Notes under the pieces: generated by a model
Told to the model about the DNA's origin: nothing
The model's input: only the letters and a program-made list of their open reading frames with translations
Databases searched by the model: none
In this document: one piece after another, positions 62,531 to 64,000 of the stretch
Layout: the number at the start of each line of letters is the position of its first letter
Numbering within the stretch: the stretch's first letter is position 1
Source: a virus
Taxonomy: Duplodnaviria; Caudoviricetes
Length of the DNA: 64,000 nt
IMG/VR virus record: IMGVR_UViG_3300037722_000708
Span: 6,001 to 70,000 of that record
Direction: 5' to 3' (one strand)
Position numbers and translations under genes: made by a program

Positions 62531-63990
62531 AAGCGTATAGACTCGCCTTGGATGGTTGTGCCTTTGTCGTTATAGACAACACCCATGGTTTCGCGTAAAT
62601 ATTGGTGCAGCTCCCTATCATCGTACAAGATGTGATTCTGCTTTAAATAGCGCTTAAAGTCATTAATTCTAAAGTACACAATTTTTGCGTCCTCATCAAC
62701 ATAAGCATGGCCTTTGAGAAGCCTATCTCGCTGGACGTGACTGCGTCCCTCAATAAATTCTTTTAAAGCGTCCACAATTTGAGTACGTGGATCAGAATCA
62801 GGGGGCGGTATGACGTCCTCAGAGTGGTTTAACCAATCTTGCATGAGTTCGTCAAATTTCTGCTGCTGCAAGATGGGCATTATCTTAGACGTTGCATCCA
62901 CAATATGCGCGCGAAATCTTTTCTGGTTCAATAAGTCGTGGGCTGTTTTTATGATGCAGCGCACACCATCCACATTGAAACAATACATAGGAGGGTTGGT
63001 TAAGATCTTGGAAAAACCCCCGATCTCGAAAGGCATATCTAAGCTTCTTGATCCTACACCAAAAGCTCGCTTTAGACACTTGCCTCTTTGGCAAAAGCTT
63101 TTTAGCGGCTCTTGACTACACTGGTATCCGTAGTCTTTCGTTGCCGCTGATTTTATGGTGGTCTTTAGTTCTTGAAGGGGAAGTTTGTTGTCGCCCAATT
63201 GTTCGTTGTACGATATGCACTTGGATTCCACTGCCTCGTTTGAGTTGTACTTCCGCTTTAGATAAACACACATGTTCAGAAAGAAATTGTTCCGCCCTCC
63301 ATCGGGAGGGCCGTTTTCCCATATACACTCGATACAAGGAGGGCCGTCTACAAAATCTTGCTTAGAGCCTTTTTCTGCCCTAGAATTTATTTTCGGAGCA
63401 ACATTAGTCAAATAGTCCTCCGTTACACCCGCGGCAAACTTCTCAACGAAAGGAAGAAACTCGTCCAAAGTTAGCGTCTTGAACGTTTGCTTCTCCTCGC
63501 TGTCAACCACAACGCACTGCCGAGACTCACCATAATAAGGAAGGTTGATCCAGTTGCCTGTGTCCTCTTTGCTTGCCCTTGCAACTTGTTTTGGGAAAAT
63601 CTCAGATCCTGCGACGCCCAACTCACCTGCCCAATGCTTTAGAACATCCACAAGCAGTTTAGCCTGCACACCTTCTGGACAAAAGAGCCAGATATGCACT
63701 CCGTTGGACTTGGACCGGGTAACAAAAACAGGCAGTTTTCTAACGCGCCAAACAAGGTCGTTCACGTCTATACTATAATCGTCTATGTCGATGGCTGAGA
63801 AATAAGCAGCGTTGTTAATAGTGAGCGGAATTATACCAATTCCACTTTTCCCCTCCACATGATCCTTATAGTTAGTAAGCGTAGGTGCTTTGTCTATTGT
63901 GCTAGCACGGCCAGATAGTTTACCTGAGGACTCTTGCCTCACTACAACATACTGGCCGTACCTGAGTTCGTAACCACGGAAAAGTCGCAT
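62482..63990 (-). CDS. Archaeo-eukaryotic-type primase (possibly 5'-truncated at the window edge)
   Basis: AIDIDD, RSKSNG.HIW, GNWINLPY, PPC and GGRNN motifs; frame stays open to position 64000. Confidence 0.8.
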   Translation of the reverse strand: MRLFRGYELRYGQYVVVRQESSGKLSGRASTIDKAPTLTNYKDHVEGKSGIGIIPLTINNAAYFSAIDIDDYSIDVNDLVWRVRKLPVFVTRSKSNGVHIWLFCPEGVQAKLLVDVLKHWAGELGVAGSEIFPKQVARASKEDTGNWINLPYYGESRQCVVVDSEEKQTFKTLTLDEFLPFVEKFAAGVTEDYLTNVAPKINSRAEKGSKQDFVDGPPCIECIWENGPPDGGRNNFFLNMCVYLKRKYNSNEAVESKCISYNEQLGDNKLPLQELKTTIKSAATKDYGYQCSQEPLKSFCQRGKCLKRAFGVGSRSLDMPFEIGGFSKILTNPPMYCFNVDGVRCIIKTAHDLLNQKRFRAHIVDATSKIMPILQQQKFDELMQDWLNHSEDVIPPPDSDPRTQIVDALKEFIEGRSHVQRDRLLKGHAYVDEDAKIVYFRINDFKRYLKQNHILYDDRELHQYLRETMGVVYNDKGTTIQGESIRLWSVPMDAVITRSKEE

Positions 63991-64000
63991 AAATCTTTCC

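Noticed and set aside
989-63778. Most plus-strand ORFs in the track
   Set aside because: They are shadow frames antisense to well-supported minus-strand genes and lack RBSs or motifs; only 31402..31611, and tentatively 24234..24590, were kept.

Overview
The window is 64 kb of a large tailed dsDNA phage (siphovirus-like). The host is probably an alphaproteobacterium, judging from GTA-like tail genes, CtrA boxes, and alpha-type Zur and XRE proteins. Nearly all genes are on the minus strand. In that direction the order is: primase and UvrD-like helicase; a complete 7-deazaguanine DNA-modification pathway (queD, queC, folE with an HNH intein, queF, dpdA, queE); RecD-like helicase, exonuclease, clamp and family A polymerase; a long accessory region; TerS; an AT-rich probable terminal/early region; TerL with three inteins; then portal, head and tail genes. 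The most striking unexplained element is at 35.9-36.3 kb: two tandem, circularly permuted tRNA-like RNAs. Each reads T-arm, acceptor 3' strand plus CCA, hairpin linker, acceptor 5' strand, D-arm, inside a closing stem. They lie directly behind a conserved 246-aa gene and near rtcB, and no Ro60 gene is visible. The 246-aa gene and rtcB both carry a 13-bp palindromic operator (ATAACTNAGTTAT) that recurs in at least 7 promoters. Other highlights: two enzyme clusters that could hypermodify DNA preQ1 (dehydrogenase-phosphatase-ATP-grasp, and glycosyltransferases-methyltransferase-RimK-Nmad5); CtrA-box promoters; a diverged foreign capsid gene; and several disrupted accessory genes, one carrying an exact 41-bp copy of the dpdA start. 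All family assignments come from motif recognition; no database searches were run.
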